From Armatimonadota bacterium (GTDB taxonomy: Bacteria > Armatimonadota > HRBIN16), in assembly GCA_963677485.1 (NCBI GenBank), contig OY781964.1:3648001-3712000 (forward strand): a stretch of 64,000 nt of DNA, written 5' to 3'. The position numbers and the translations under genes are program-made. This document shows, piece by piece, positions 29,608 through 39,098 of the stretch (its first letter is position 1; the number at the start of each line of letters is the position of its first letter). The notes beneath the pieces are model-generated. The model was not told the DNA's origin. It saw only the letters and a program-made list of their open reading frames with translations, and did not search any database.

Positions 29608-30306
29608 TTGCTGAAACCGAACACCTATCCGGGTAAGTTGATCATCGTTGAAGGTATAGACGGCAGCGGGAAATCAACCCAGATCGATCTGCTGTGCAAA
29701 TGGCTGAAAAGCCAGGGCCGCGCCGTCTACTTTAGCGAATGGAACTCCTCTCCGCTGGTGAAAGACACCACGCGGCTTGGGAAAAAGAAGAAGCTCTTTA
29801 CCCCTACGACCTTTAGCCTGCTCCAATGCACCGACTTTGCAGAACGATGGCAAAATCACATTCTGCCCCTACTCAAAGCAGGTGCCGTGGTGATGGCTGA
29901 CCGATACGCTTTTACTGCATTTGCGCGCGATACGGCACGCGGGGTTGACCCTGAGTGGGTTCGGAAGGTCTACTCCTTTGCCGTCCAGCCTGATATCGCC
30001 TTTTATTTCCGTGTTCCCCTTGATGTGGCCGTCGGCCGAATTCTGGGAGCTCGGGCAAGCATCAAATACTACGAAGCGGGTATGGATATAGGCCTGTCTG
30101 ATGACATCGTGGAGAGCTTCAAACTCTTCCAGGGGCGGATCATGGGAGCCTACGACAGCATGGTTGAGGAGTTTGGCCTGACTGTGGTCGACGGCACGCT
30201 GTCCATCAAAGAACAGCAGGACCAGGTGCGTGATATCTTCAACAAGACACTGGGAGACTGGCAGGGTCTGAGTGTACCTGCGATTTCGGCAGGGGGTGCA
30301 TTATGA
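29608..30306 (+). CDS. Thymidylate-kinase-fold protein (putative PPK3-like polyphosphate kinase, catalytic subunit)
   Basis: EGIDGSGKST P-loop, DRY, YYEAGMD. Lies in a CHAD/ppx operon, and a canonical tmk is already present at 7253. Confidence 0.75.
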   Translation: MLKPNTYPGKLIIVEGIDGSGKSTQIDLLCKWLKSQGRAVYFSEWNSSPLVKDTTRLGKKKKLFTPTTFSLLQCTDFAERWQNHILPLLKAGAVVMADRYAFTAFARDTARGVDPEWVRKVYSFAVQPDIAFYFRVPLDVAVGRILGARASIKYYEAGMDIGLSDDIVESFKLFQGRIMGAYDSMVEEFGLTVVDGTLSIKEQQDQVRDIFNKTLGDWQGLSVPAISAGGAL

Positions 30307-30989
30307 CAAAGTCGATATATTACGGTGCGGGGATGCCATATCTGGACATCACCGAGCTGAGCGGCAAGCTCATCGTCATCGAAGGGCCGGATGGAGTGGG
30401 GCGTAGCACCCAGGTGGGGCTGCTCCGACAGCAGCTTGAGGAGCGTGGATATGGCGTGATCGACACCGCTATGAGCCGATCGGCACTTACCCAGGCAGGC
30501 ATCGAACAGGCAAAGCAAGGCAATCTGGTACCCCCACTAGCTTTAAGCCTTTTCTATGCGGCTGACTTTGCTGACCGGTTGGAGAACCAGATCATCCCGG
30601 CTTTAAAGGCAGGATTTTGTGTGCTTGCTGACCGCTATTTCTACTCCATTGCAGCGCGTAACATCGTGCGTGGGGCCCAATCTGACTACAGCCTCGATGT
30701 CTACGGCTTCGCACTAAAGCCAGATGTGGTGTTTTATCTGCGTACCGATGTGGAGACGCTGGTGGCTCGGCAGATATACGGTCGCGGGTTGAACTACTGG
30801 GAGTCTGGCATGGACTTAAATTTGGCGGGCGATCTGTATGATAGCTTTAAGGCGTACCAGCAACTCATGCTGGAGCAGTTCGACATTATGACGGCGAAAT
30901 ACGGGTTTGAGACGATTGATGCTACACATGATGCCGGAACTGTCAATTCTGAGATCATGGCCAAACTTGACTTAATACTGGAGGGGTAG
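30303..30989 (+). CDS. Thymidylate-kinase-fold protein with Walker A K->R (putative PPK3-like partner subunit)
   Basis: EGPDGVGRST, DRY, YWESGMD; ATGA-coupled paralog of the upstream gene. Confidence 0.75.
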   Translation: MTKSIYYGAGMPYLDITELSGKLIVIEGPDGVGRSTQVGLLRQQLEERGYGVIDTAMSRSALTQAGIEQAKQGNLVPPLALSLFYAADFADRLENQIIPALKAGFCVLADRYFYSIAARNIVRGAQSDYSLDVYGFALKPDVVFYLRTDVETLVARQIYGRGLNYWESGMDLNLAGDLYDSFKAYQQLMLEQFDIMTAKYGFETIDATHDAGTVNSEIMAKLDLILEG

Positions 30990-30993
30990 TTTC

Positions 30994-32019
30994 ATGGCGA
31001 TAGACGATGGCTTCCGGCTTTTTGCATCTGAGTGCCTGCTGAAGCGGCTCCAGGCCTTGATGGCCGAACTGGAAGGTGTAAAGAGCAGCGAAGACATCGA
31101 ATACATCCACCGTATGAGGGTGGCCAGCCGCCGTATGCGTTCGGCGCTCAAGGTGTTCGACCCCATGCTGAGTGCCAAACAGCGCAAGCGATGGGCCGCC
31201 GGTATCGGAGATATCACGCGCGCGCTGGGCACCGCCCGCGATTCGGATGTGCAGATCGATGCATTAGAGAAACTCGCAGCGGTCATCACAGATACTGCCG
31301 CCCAGCCCGGCATCGAACGGCTGGAGCTTCGGCTGCGTCAGAGGCGGCGGAAACTTCAGGCGGGTGTCGTAGAAGCCATCACCAATTACGAAGCGAGCGG
31401 ACTGGCGGAAGAGATCAGCGACACGATGCGTCGTTGCCTGGTGGAGTGTCGGCTTCGCGATGTGGAGGCGGTGTCTCCGTGCCTGTTGATGAAAGGGCTT
31501 ACGGAGATATCACTGCGACTTGAGGAGCTGTTAAGCTGGTCAAGCCTGATCGTAAAGCCAGAGAACGTAAGCGAGCTTCACGCGATGAGGATCGCCGCCA
31601 AGCGGTTACGATACACGCTAGAGCTTTTCACGCCAGTGCTGCCAGGAGACGGGAAAGCGCGCCTGGAGCTGGTGAAGGATATTCAGGAACGGCTGGGCGA
31701 CATCCACGACTGCGATGTGTGGCTTGAGCTTCTACCCAGGTTTCTGGACGAGGAACGCCGCGCTACCATGGATTACTACGGGGATACCCGCGGTATGAAG
31801 AACCTTGCGCAGGGCATCAAGATGCTGGGTGACAACAGACGTCAGCATCGTGAGGAGCTCTACGCTGATTTCATGTCAAAGTGGGCCGATTTGGATAAGA
31901 TGCAAACCTGGCCGAGTTTGCGTGCAGAGCTACGTGCCATTGCTTTAACCACCAAACATCCCGCATCACACTCATCCGAACACGCCGAGTCAGACGATGC
32001 GGATAGCCATAATAGCTGA
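30994..32019 (+). CDS. CHAD domain (polyphosphate-binding) protein
   Basis: IHRMRVASRRMRS, LHAMRIAAKRLRY, QERLGDIHDCDV. Confidence 0.9.
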   Translation: MAIDDGFRLFASECLLKRLQALMAELEGVKSSEDIEYIHRMRVASRRMRSALKVFDPMLSAKQRKRWAAGIGDITRALGTARDSDVQIDALEKLAAVITDTAAQPGIERLELRLRQRRRKLQAGVVEAITNYEASGLAEEISDTMRRCLVECRLRDVEAVSPCLLMKGLTEISLRLEELLSWSSLIVKPENVSELHAMRIAAKRLRYTLELFTPVLPGDGKARLELVKDIQERLGDIHDCDVWLELLPRFLDEERRATMDYYGDTRGMKNLAQGIKMLGDNRRQHREELYADFMSKWADLDKMQTWPSLRAELRAIALTTKHPASHSSEHAESDDADSHNS

Positions 32020-32725
32020 TATCCATGGCAACCTGCCAGCCTTGCAAGCAGTCCTCAAGGATGTAGAGGAGGCAGGTGTGGAGCAGGTGTGGAACCTGGG
32101 CGACAACGTGGGGTACGGTCCATATCCCAATGAGGTTGTTGAGCAATTGCAGCAGATCGGTGCGATTAATGTGCTGGGGAACTACGACAAGAAAGCATTT
32201 ACCATGCAGGATCGTCCTAAGAGTTGGCGTGCCCGTAAAGACCCCATAAAACTGCGGCTTCTTGAACTCGCCGCAGAACAGACCTCACCCGAATACCAGC
32301 AGTGGAGCCTCAGACAGCCCGAAATCATCACCCAGCAAATGGACCAGCGCTGGGTGTTGATGACACACTGCAGTCCTCGCTCCCAAAAACAGGCGATCAC
32401 GCCTCAGACACCGAACGCGGAGTTGAAGGCAATATCCACAGGCATCGAAGCGGCCCTGATCGTGATGGGCCATTCTCACCAGACGATGTGGCGGCAATTA
32501 GCCGGGATTAGCTGGGCCAACCCTGGCAGTGTGGGCCGACAACATGACGGCGACCCTCGGGCACGATACGCCTTGCTGGATATGGGGCCAAAGAGTCTTC
32601 GCTTTTATCCGAAAATTGTGGAATATGATATTGATGCACTGTGCAAGCGGTGTAAGGAGCTGGGCTATCCCAAGCCTGTGCTTCAAGTATTTACTCTCGG
32701 AAGAGGGTTGGAATGGATAGTGTAA
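31997..32725 (+). CDS. Calcineurin-like metallophosphoesterase (YfcE-like)
   Basis: DIHGN, GDNVGYG, GNYD, GHSH, NPGSVG. Confidence 0.9.
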   Translation: MRIAIIADIHGNLPALQAVLKDVEEAGVEQVWNLGDNVGYGPYPNEVVEQLQQIGAINVLGNYDKKAFTMQDRPKSWRARKDPIKLRLLELAAEQTSPEYQQWSLRQPEIITQQMDQRWVLMTHCSPRSQKQAITPQTPNAELKAISTGIEAALIVMGHSHQTMWRQLAGISWANPGSVGRQHDGDPRARYALLDMGPKSLRFYPKIVEYDIDALCKRCKELGYPKPVLQVFTLGRGLEWIV

Positions 32726-34108
32726 ATGGCAACCAACATAAGGCAATTGAAGTTCGGAATATCCAGTGTTCGAGGTGTTGTGGGCGAGGCTTTAACCCCT
32801 GAACTTGCTGTGAACCTGAGCTGCGCTCTGGGTGCCTGGGCTGATGGCGGAAAAGTCATCGTCGCCCGAGACACCAGGCGTAGTTCCCAAATGCTCTACA
32901 ATGCAGTCACCTGCGGACTGATCTCCAGTGGCTGTGAAGTGATCGACATCGGCATCACCACTACTCCGCTGGCGAGTTGGAGTGTGCGTGACCAGAAAGC
33001 AGCGGCTGGCGTGTGTATCACCGGCAGCCACAATGACGCCCGTTGGAACGCGTTGAAGTTCCTGGACGCTGATGGCGCATTGATGAACTCCGCCAAGAGC
33101 GAAGAGCTGCTTGACATTTACCACGCGGCAGCGTTCTTAAACACCCGCTGGGACGGTCTGAAACCGGTCAGCACGTGCGAAGGCGTGCCCGATGGCTACA
33201 TCGATAACCTGCTGAGCCTGGTGGATGCAGAGGCGATATCCAAGCGAAAGTTCCGCGTCGCAGTGGATTTCTGCAACGGCGCGGCCATTGAGCCGTTCAA
33301 AAAGCTGTTCGAGAAGATCAACGCTACCTTACTTCCTCTCAATGACCAGCCAACGGGTGAATTTGCCCACATGCCCACACCGACTCCGGTGAACATGCGT
33401 CAGTTGGCCGCTTTGATGCCGCACCTCAACGCCGACTTGGGTGCTGTGGTGAACATCGATGGCGACCGATGTGCGTTTCTCACGGAATCTGGGCAGGCCC
33501 TCTCTGAGGAATACACGCTGCCGATGGCTGTGATGGGGCTGATCGGGAATCGGCCCGGCGGGGTGGTGACCAACCTGAGTTCCTCCAGCATGATCGATGC
33601 TGTGGTCAAACAGTCTGGTGGTCGCGTGGTGCGCACATCGGTGGGTGAGGCCTCGGTTATCAGCGCGGCCGTGACTCGCGGAATGCGCTTGGCAGGAGAG
33701 GGCAGCGGCACCATCGCAGCACCACCGGAAGTGAACAGTTTTGACGCCATACTGGCACTGCTGAGTGTTCTGGAGCAGTTAGCTTTGGGAAATGTGAGCA
33801 TGAGCCAACTGGCTTCATCGCTTCCCGTCTCGCATATGTGCAAGGGGCAGGTGGAGATGCCGCCCACCAGCAGCTACCAACTGCTGGACCTTCTGAGGAA
33901 ATACTACGAAGATGAGCAGCCAAGTATGCAGGATGGTATCCGGGTGGAGTGGCCAGATAAGTGGCTGCATATCCGGGCCAGCAACACTGAACCGCTGCTT
34001 AGAATGATCTGCGAGGCTGACACGCTCGAGAAAGCTCAACAGCTTTACTCTGAGACGATGAGCCTTGTGAACCGCTTCGCTGCCTCTGGAGGAGTAAGAC
34101 ATGCCTAA
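32726..34108 (+). CDS. Alpha-D-phosphohexomutase family protein, degenerate metal loop
   Basis: ITGSHND phosphoserine loop, NIDGDR (Asn for the first Asp), GEGSG, RASNTEP. Confidence 0.85.
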   Translation: MATNIRQLKFGISSVRGVVGEALTPELAVNLSCALGAWADGGKVIVARDTRRSSQMLYNAVTCGLISSGCEVIDIGITTTPLASWSVRDQKAAAGVCITGSHNDARWNALKFLDADGALMNSAKSEELLDIYHAAAFLNTRWDGLKPVSTCEGVPDGYIDNLLSLVDAEAISKRKFRVAVDFCNGAAIEPFKKLFEKINATLLPLNDQPTGEFAHMPTPTPVNMRQLAALMPHLNADLGAVVNIDGDRCAFLTESGQALSEEYTLPMAVMGLIGNRPGGVVTNLSSSSMIDAVVKQSGGRVVRTSVGEASVISAAVTRGMRLAGEGSGTIAAPPEVNSFDAILALLSVLEQLALGNVSMSQLASSLPVSHMCKGQVEMPPTSSYQLLDLLRKYYEDEQPSMQDGIRVEWPDKWLHIRASNTEPLLRMICEADTLEKAQQLYSETMSLVNRFAASGGVRHA

Positions 34109-35462
34109 ACCATCATCTTTGAAAATCGGAGTATCGGGTGTCCGCGGAATTGTAGGTGAAAGCCTCTCTCCGCAACTGGTCACCACTTTTGCCGCTGCGT
34201 TCGGATGCCATACCGGCCGAGGACCCATCCTGGTAGGCACCGACAGCCGTCCCAGCCGTGAAATGGTGAAGCGCGGTGTCATCGCCGGACTGCTGAGTGT
34301 GGGCTGCCAGCCCATCGACCTTGGCGTATTGCCCGTACCGGCCCTGCAGCACCATATTCGCCAGGTGAAGGCGCTGGGGGGCATCTGTGTGACCGCCAGC
34401 CATAACCCTGTGGAGTGGAACGCGTTGAAGTTCTTTGCCGAGGACGGCATTCTGCTGAGGCCGAACCAGGCTGCAGAGCTGACCGACCTTTACCATCAGG
34501 GTGTGTTCCCCAGAGTGCCTGCGAACGAGATCGCGGAGCTGTTATACGACGACACCGCTATCCTGAAGCATTGCGAATCTGTGCTCAGCCATGTGGATGT
34601 GGAGGCGATACGGGCGAAACACTTCCGCGTGGTATGCGACTGCTGCAACGGAGCCGCCAGCATCGCCACCCCCATGTTCTTAAAAATGCTGGGCTGCGAT
34701 GTGGTAGCGATTAATGACAACATTGACCTGCCGTTCCCGCATAACCCGGAACCTGTGCCTGAGAACCTTGGGCAGATTTGCGATGCCGTGAAGAAATACG
34801 GTGGCGAGGTGGGCTTTGTTCAGGACGCCGATGCGGACCGATTGGCATTAGTCAATGAGTTCGGCAATCCGGTGGGCGAGGAGTATACGCTGGCGTTGGG
34901 CATTTTGCATATAGCCGGCCGATCACAAAATCCTGTGGTGGTGAACATCAGCAGCAGTCGCTTAAGCGAAGACGCCGCAGCACTCTGCGGAGTGCCGATG
35001 GTTTATGCCAAAGTGGGCGAAGTGAACGTGGTGCAGAAGATGCTGGAGCTGGGTGCCATCGTGGGTGGCGAAGGCAACGGTGGTCTGATCGTGCCCGCCA
35101 TCAACCCTTGCCGTGACTCCTTCGTGGGGATGGCATTGATGCTGGAGGCACTGGCCATGAGCGGTTTGAGCATGAGCGAATATGCCAACAAGCTGCCGCA
35201 TTACGCTCTGGCTCGCCGCAAGATCGGCATTCCTGCTCGGTTGATACAACCTGCTCTGGCGAAGCTTCAGGAACACTACGCTGGTCAGACGATGAATTTC
35301 ATCGATGGTCTGAAAATACTGTGGCCGGATGCTTGGCTGCAGGCCCGCGGCAGCAACACTGAGCCTATCATGAGGGTCATCGCGGAGGCTCCCACTCAAC
35401 AAAAGGCCGATGAGCTGGCTGACGGCGGTTTACGTGTGATTGCGGAGATGCAGAATGGCTGA
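34101..35462 (+). CDS. Alpha-D-phosphohexomutase (PGM/PMM/GlmM-like)
   Basis: TASHNP, DADADR, GEGNGG, RGSNTEP. Confidence 0.88.
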   Translation: MPKPSSLKIGVSGVRGIVGESLSPQLVTTFAAAFGCHTGRGPILVGTDSRPSREMVKRGVIAGLLSVGCQPIDLGVLPVPALQHHIRQVKALGGICVTASHNPVEWNALKFFAEDGILLRPNQAAELTDLYHQGVFPRVPANEIAELLYDDTAILKHCESVLSHVDVEAIRAKHFRVVCDCCNGAASIATPMFLKMLGCDVVAINDNIDLPFPHNPEPVPENLGQICDAVKKYGGEVGFVQDADADRLALVNEFGNPVGEEYTLALGILHIAGRSQNPVVVNISSSRLSEDAAALCGVPMVYAKVGEVNVVQKMLELGAIVGGEGNGGLIVPAINPCRDSFVGMALMLEALAMSGLSMSEYANKLPHYALARRKIGIPARLIQPALAKLQEHYAGQTMNFIDGLKILWPDAWLQARGSNTEPIMRVIAEAPTQQKADELADGGLRVIAEMQNG

Positions 35463-37050
35463 GAACTCGTCTCCGGACTTCGGCCGTGTAGTGAGCTTCA
35501 TGGATGTGGGCACCAACTCAGCCCGACTGCTGATGGTGCGCATCAATCCGAACCACTCCTATACCGTGCTGACCTCACAAAAGGAGGTTGTGCGGCTGGG
35601 TGAGGGGGAGTTCAGTGACGACGAAGTGTTACAACCGGAGGCGATGCAGCGCGCTTTGGATGTGCTTAGCCGATTCTCTGCTTTGGCTAAGCACTACCAG
35701 GCAACGGAAGTGATCGCAGTGGCGACATCCGCCACCCGTGAAGCGAATAACCAAGCGGACTTCCTGAAGATGCTGATGAAGGAGTGCAACCTTGAGCTTC
35801 GGGTCATCAGCGGAAAAGAGGAGGCTCGCCTGGTCTACCTGGGAGTCTCCAGCGGAGTCGATCTTGCAGATACCAAAGCGATGTTTATCGACATCGGAGG
35901 CGGTTCCACGGAGCTGGCGTATGGCGGCCAGCACCAATATGATTACCTTGACATGTTCAAGCTGGGTGCCATACGGCTGACGCAGCTCTATTTCCTGCCG
36001 GGTGAGCCGGAACCAGTGGCTCCATCGCGGTATGCGCTGATTAAGAACTATGTGCGTAACACGGCGATTCGTGCCATCAACCGGCTGAGGGAAGAAGACA
36101 CCAGCATCTGCTACGGTTCGTCCGGCACCATCATGAACATTGGCGAAATGATCATGCAACGGTCCGAGAAGCGCAGGCTGGTGCGGGATGATGTGGTCAG
36201 CCTGGAGCAGATCAAGGAGCTGGCGGCGCATCTCTGCTCACTTTCGCTGGAGGACCGGCGCAAGGTGCCGGGCATGAACCCGGAACGGGCGGATATCATC
36301 GTATCGGGCATCGCCGTGCTGGAAACATTGTTGACCGAAATCGGTGTGAAGCAGATATGCATCAGCGAACGCAGCCTGCGAGACGGCCTGCTGGTGGACT
36401 ACCTGGGCCGTATGGGCATCGGTGCTTACGCGGAGCAGATGAGCACCCGCGAACGCAGCGTGCTGCAGTTGGCTCGGAGTTGCCACTTTGATGAGCACCA
36501 TGCCAACACCGTGGCTGCGTTGTCGGATCAGATGTTTGAAGGGCTGCGGGAGTGCCGGCTTCTTACTCTTGGCGAGGAGGAGCGTGAGCTGCTTCATTAT
36601 GCCTGCCTGCTGCACGACATCGGCACCTTCCTGAGCTACACCAACCACGACCAGCATAGCTATTACCTCGTGAAGAACACCGATATGCTGGGCTTCGACC
36701 AAAAGGAGCTGGAGATGATGGCGGTGGTGTCGATGTTCCACCGAAAAAGCTGGCCCAAGAGGAGCTGCCCGGAGCTGGCTGAGTTTGATGATGAACGGCT
36801 GGCTTGCGTGCGCCAGTTAGCGGTGATTTTACGGATTGCGGAGAGCCTGGACCGCACCCATATGGACGTGGTGAAGCAGGTGCGCATTGAGCCGATTGAC
36901 AAGAAGCGGGTGGCTCTTATGGCCCGCGCTGAGGGCGATTGCCAACTGGAAGCCTGGGGCACCAGTAACCATGTGAACAGCTTCCGCAAGGCCTTCGGCC
37001 GCAGCGTGGAGCTTCGCATCGAGCAGGTGGACGCCCCCAGCGCATCGTAG
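35455..37050 (+). CDS. ppx: Exopolyphosphatase Ppx/GppA with HD domain
   Basis: DVGTNS, ATSATREA, ISGKEEA, DIGGGSTE, LHDIG. Confidence 0.9.
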   Translation: MAENSSPDFGRVVSFMDVGTNSARLLMVRINPNHSYTVLTSQKEVVRLGEGEFSDDEVLQPEAMQRALDVLSRFSALAKHYQATEVIAVATSATREANNQADFLKMLMKECNLELRVISGKEEARLVYLGVSSGVDLADTKAMFIDIGGGSTELAYGGQHQYDYLDMFKLGAIRLTQLYFLPGEPEPVAPSRYALIKNYVRNTAIRAINRLREEDTSICYGSSGTIMNIGEMIMQRSEKRRLVRDDVVSLEQIKELAAHLCSLSLEDRRKVPGMNPERADIIVSGIAVLETLLTEIGVKQICISERSLRDGLLVDYLGRMGIGAYAEQMSTRERSVLQLARSCHFDEHHANTVAALSDQMFEGLRECRLLTLGEEERELLHYACLLHDIGTFLSYTNHDQHSYYLVKNTDMLGFDQKELEMMAVVSMFHRKSWPKRSCPELAEFDDERLACVRQLAVILRIAESLDRTHMDVVKQVRIEPIDKKRVALMARAEGDCQLEAWGTSNHVNSFRKAFGRSVELRIEQVDAPSAS

Positions 37051-37253
37051 GTGCTTCGCGTACGGTGCCCTGACCGGATTCCTAGACGCGGATAGGGGAT
37101 TGTCTGAACCGAGGGTTACGCGGATAGAGCGGATGGGGGATTATCTGAACCACGGATTACACGGATTGAACGGATAGGTTCGGATGGGAGCGAGGCCAAT
37201 CGGGTGATTGGCGTGCAGGGTCTGTCGTGTAAGGGCGGTTCGCGAACCGCCCT
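37047..37253 (+). repeat. Mosaic REP-like cluster
   Basis: Two tctgaacc..ggattac.cggat units (37101, 37142), gccaatcgggtgattggc (37193) and gggcggttcgcgaaccgccc (37229); homologous to 43281-43493. Confidence 0.75.
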
Positions 37254-37327
37254 TCTTGCATGCGACATGGCCATTTGTGCCTCATTATGTCAACCGCTCC
37301 GAATCGTCATCAACTGTAACCTTCCGG

Positions 37328-37388
37328 GCACCCACGGAGTGGGTAAGATTCATTACAGCCAGGGGTGAGCGCAGCGATACCCCTGGAA
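37328..37388 (+). repeat. Dispersed repeat (copy 1 of 2)
   Basis: gcacccacggagtgggta...ttacagccag.ggtgagcg.agcgatacccctggaa, near-identical to 63907-63967. Confidence 0.75.
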
Positions 37389-37573
37389 TACGTCGAAATA
37401 TCCTTACCCTCGAATGAGGGTCGTTTCATCCATAATCTCCCCAGCCTTGACTTGCCACGTTGGAAAGGGTATAACCAAATCGGAGCGTCACACGACATAT
37501 GTGTCCGCTGCACATAATTACTGAAAGCAGCCAATGGAGCCTTCTGGGCAAATAACACACAAGGATACACCCG

Positions 37574-38317
37574 ATGAATCAACAAGAACCGCACACACCA
37601 GCGCGTTGGGAATCATGGCGATCACGCTTTGAAATCCTACTTGCCCACATACCAGAGCAGTTTTTTTTGAGAGTATGTGAAATCTGGAAAATGCAGTTCC
37701 GGGTCCATGACGAAGTGTTTGAGGCGGTTTGCGATGGCCACTTTAGAACCAATGAACCATTACTGAGTTTTTCGTTTTCGGGACATTGGTGTGTTGACGG
37801 TGATAACACTATGCTTGATGATGTTATCGACATTAACTGTATTCACAGTGAGTCGTTCACTAGCGACATTGATATTGCCACGATGGGGCCAAACTCGCTC
37901 AATCGCGAACACCGTTATGACTGTGTCTGGGGTTGGCGTAGAATGCGACTTGATGAAGTATGGCAGGATGAGGTTGATCAGATATGGGACCGATCGGCGC
38001 AGTTGTTGAGTCAGATGCCATATTTAGCCGTTCGGTCACTGAGCAGTCCACTCAGCTTTTGTTATGCTGATGTGGTGTCGCACAAAGTCGATCATCTGTA
38101 TGATGATGAATTGGCAAGCAAATTCAACTGTCCAACATTTCACGCTCAGTGGGAGCTCGTTGGCACAGATGCAGACCACGCGGTTGTGGTGAGAATCACC
38201 AGCTTTGCCCTTATAGGTGCGAACTGGGGTGATGATCCACTGTTAGTTCAGCGTAGTGCAGAGCTCCCATGCACTCGGGGAGTGCATGGGAAGACAAATA
38301 TTGTCAGTAGAGTGTAA
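37574..38317 (+). CDS. Hypothetical protein
   Basis: 247-aa ORF with AAGGA RBS; appears more AT-rich than its neighbours. Confidence 0.55.
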   Translation: MNQQEPHTPARWESWRSRFEILLAHIPEQFFLRVCEIWKMQFRVHDEVFEAVCDGHFRTNEPLLSFSFSGHWCVDGDNTMLDDVIDINCIHSESFTSDIDIATMGPNSLNREHRYDCVWGWRRMRLDEVWQDEVDQIWDRSAQLLSQMPYLAVRSLSSPLSFCYADVVSHKVDHLYDDELASKFNCPTFHAQWELVGTDADHAVVVRITSFALIGANWGDDPLLVQRSAELPCTRGVHGKTNIVSRV

Positions 38318-38419
38318 GTGGCAGATATGCGGTCATGATGCACTGGAGTCCTCCTGACCAACTGTTATAAACGTCATTACAGCATCTTGGTCGGAACGAA
38401 TGGATGGGGTTAAATCATT

Positions 38420-38938
38420 TTGAAGCTAAACAAAGTCGTCATGCTGGCAGTGTTGGTTGTTGCTGCATCTGCGATATTCAACCCATTGATGGAGATGTTC
38501 CGGAATAAACATACTCACATCTATCTTCCTGGAGGCTATGAACTATATTCCCTTCATGGAATCAGAATGTCGTGGAGACCTTCTTCGGAAGAATTGAAGT
38601 TGGTGGCTAACAATTCGGACATAGAATTTCCAGATAAGAGAACGATAGGTCCAAATATCGATGGATATCGTGCTTACAAAAATGTCATAACCGGCCACAT
38701 CAGACCTTTTATCGGCGAACCAACCCAGGAGATCGAGTTTTCTCCTTCCGTAGAAAAACGGACAGGGTATTTTATCGTAGAAATCGACACCAAGAAGGTG
38801 TACGGTGGGTTGGGCAAGCGAGATTGGATCAGGATGCTCAAAACATATGGAATTGATAAGGAACCTGCATTACGCAGGTTTTCCTGGCGAGATCAGAACT
38901 CAAGGCTTACTATTCCTCAAGCTGAAGAACCAAAATAG
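38420..38938 (+). CDS. Hypothetical exported/membrane-anchored protein (DUF3997-like)
   Basis: N-terminal hydrophobic helix; LPGGYEL...IGPNIDGY...YFIV....KKVYGGL pattern. Confidence 0.55.
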   Translation: MKLNKVVMLAVLVVAASAIFNPLMEMFRNKHTHIYLPGGYELYSLHGIRMSWRPSSEELKLVANNSDIEFPDKRTIGPNIDGYRAYKNVITGHIRPFIGEPTQEIEFSPSVEKRTGYFIVEIDTKKVYGGLGKRDWIRMLKTYGIDKEPALRRFSWRDQNSRLTIPQAEEPK

Positions 38939-39098
38939 TAGCTATCTGCTGAGCTGGACAGACGGCACTGACATGCTGATGACCCACTAATTTACAAAAC
39001 CCCTCTTTCATCACCACCTCTCAGTGCATCCTTCCGCTATCTGCGATACACTTAAATCTAGTGTCAATACTAACAGACGGACAGGAATACAACTCCCC

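Noticed and set aside
29608-30989. Annotating the kinase pair as extra tmk copies
   Set aside because: A canonical tmk is at 7253; the pair lacks typical Tmk substrate motifs and sits with CHAD/ppx.
37081-37260. Possible CRISPR array (repeated ~34-nt units)
   Set aside because: Units are degenerate, lack unique regular spacers, recur at dispersed loci, and no cas genes are present.
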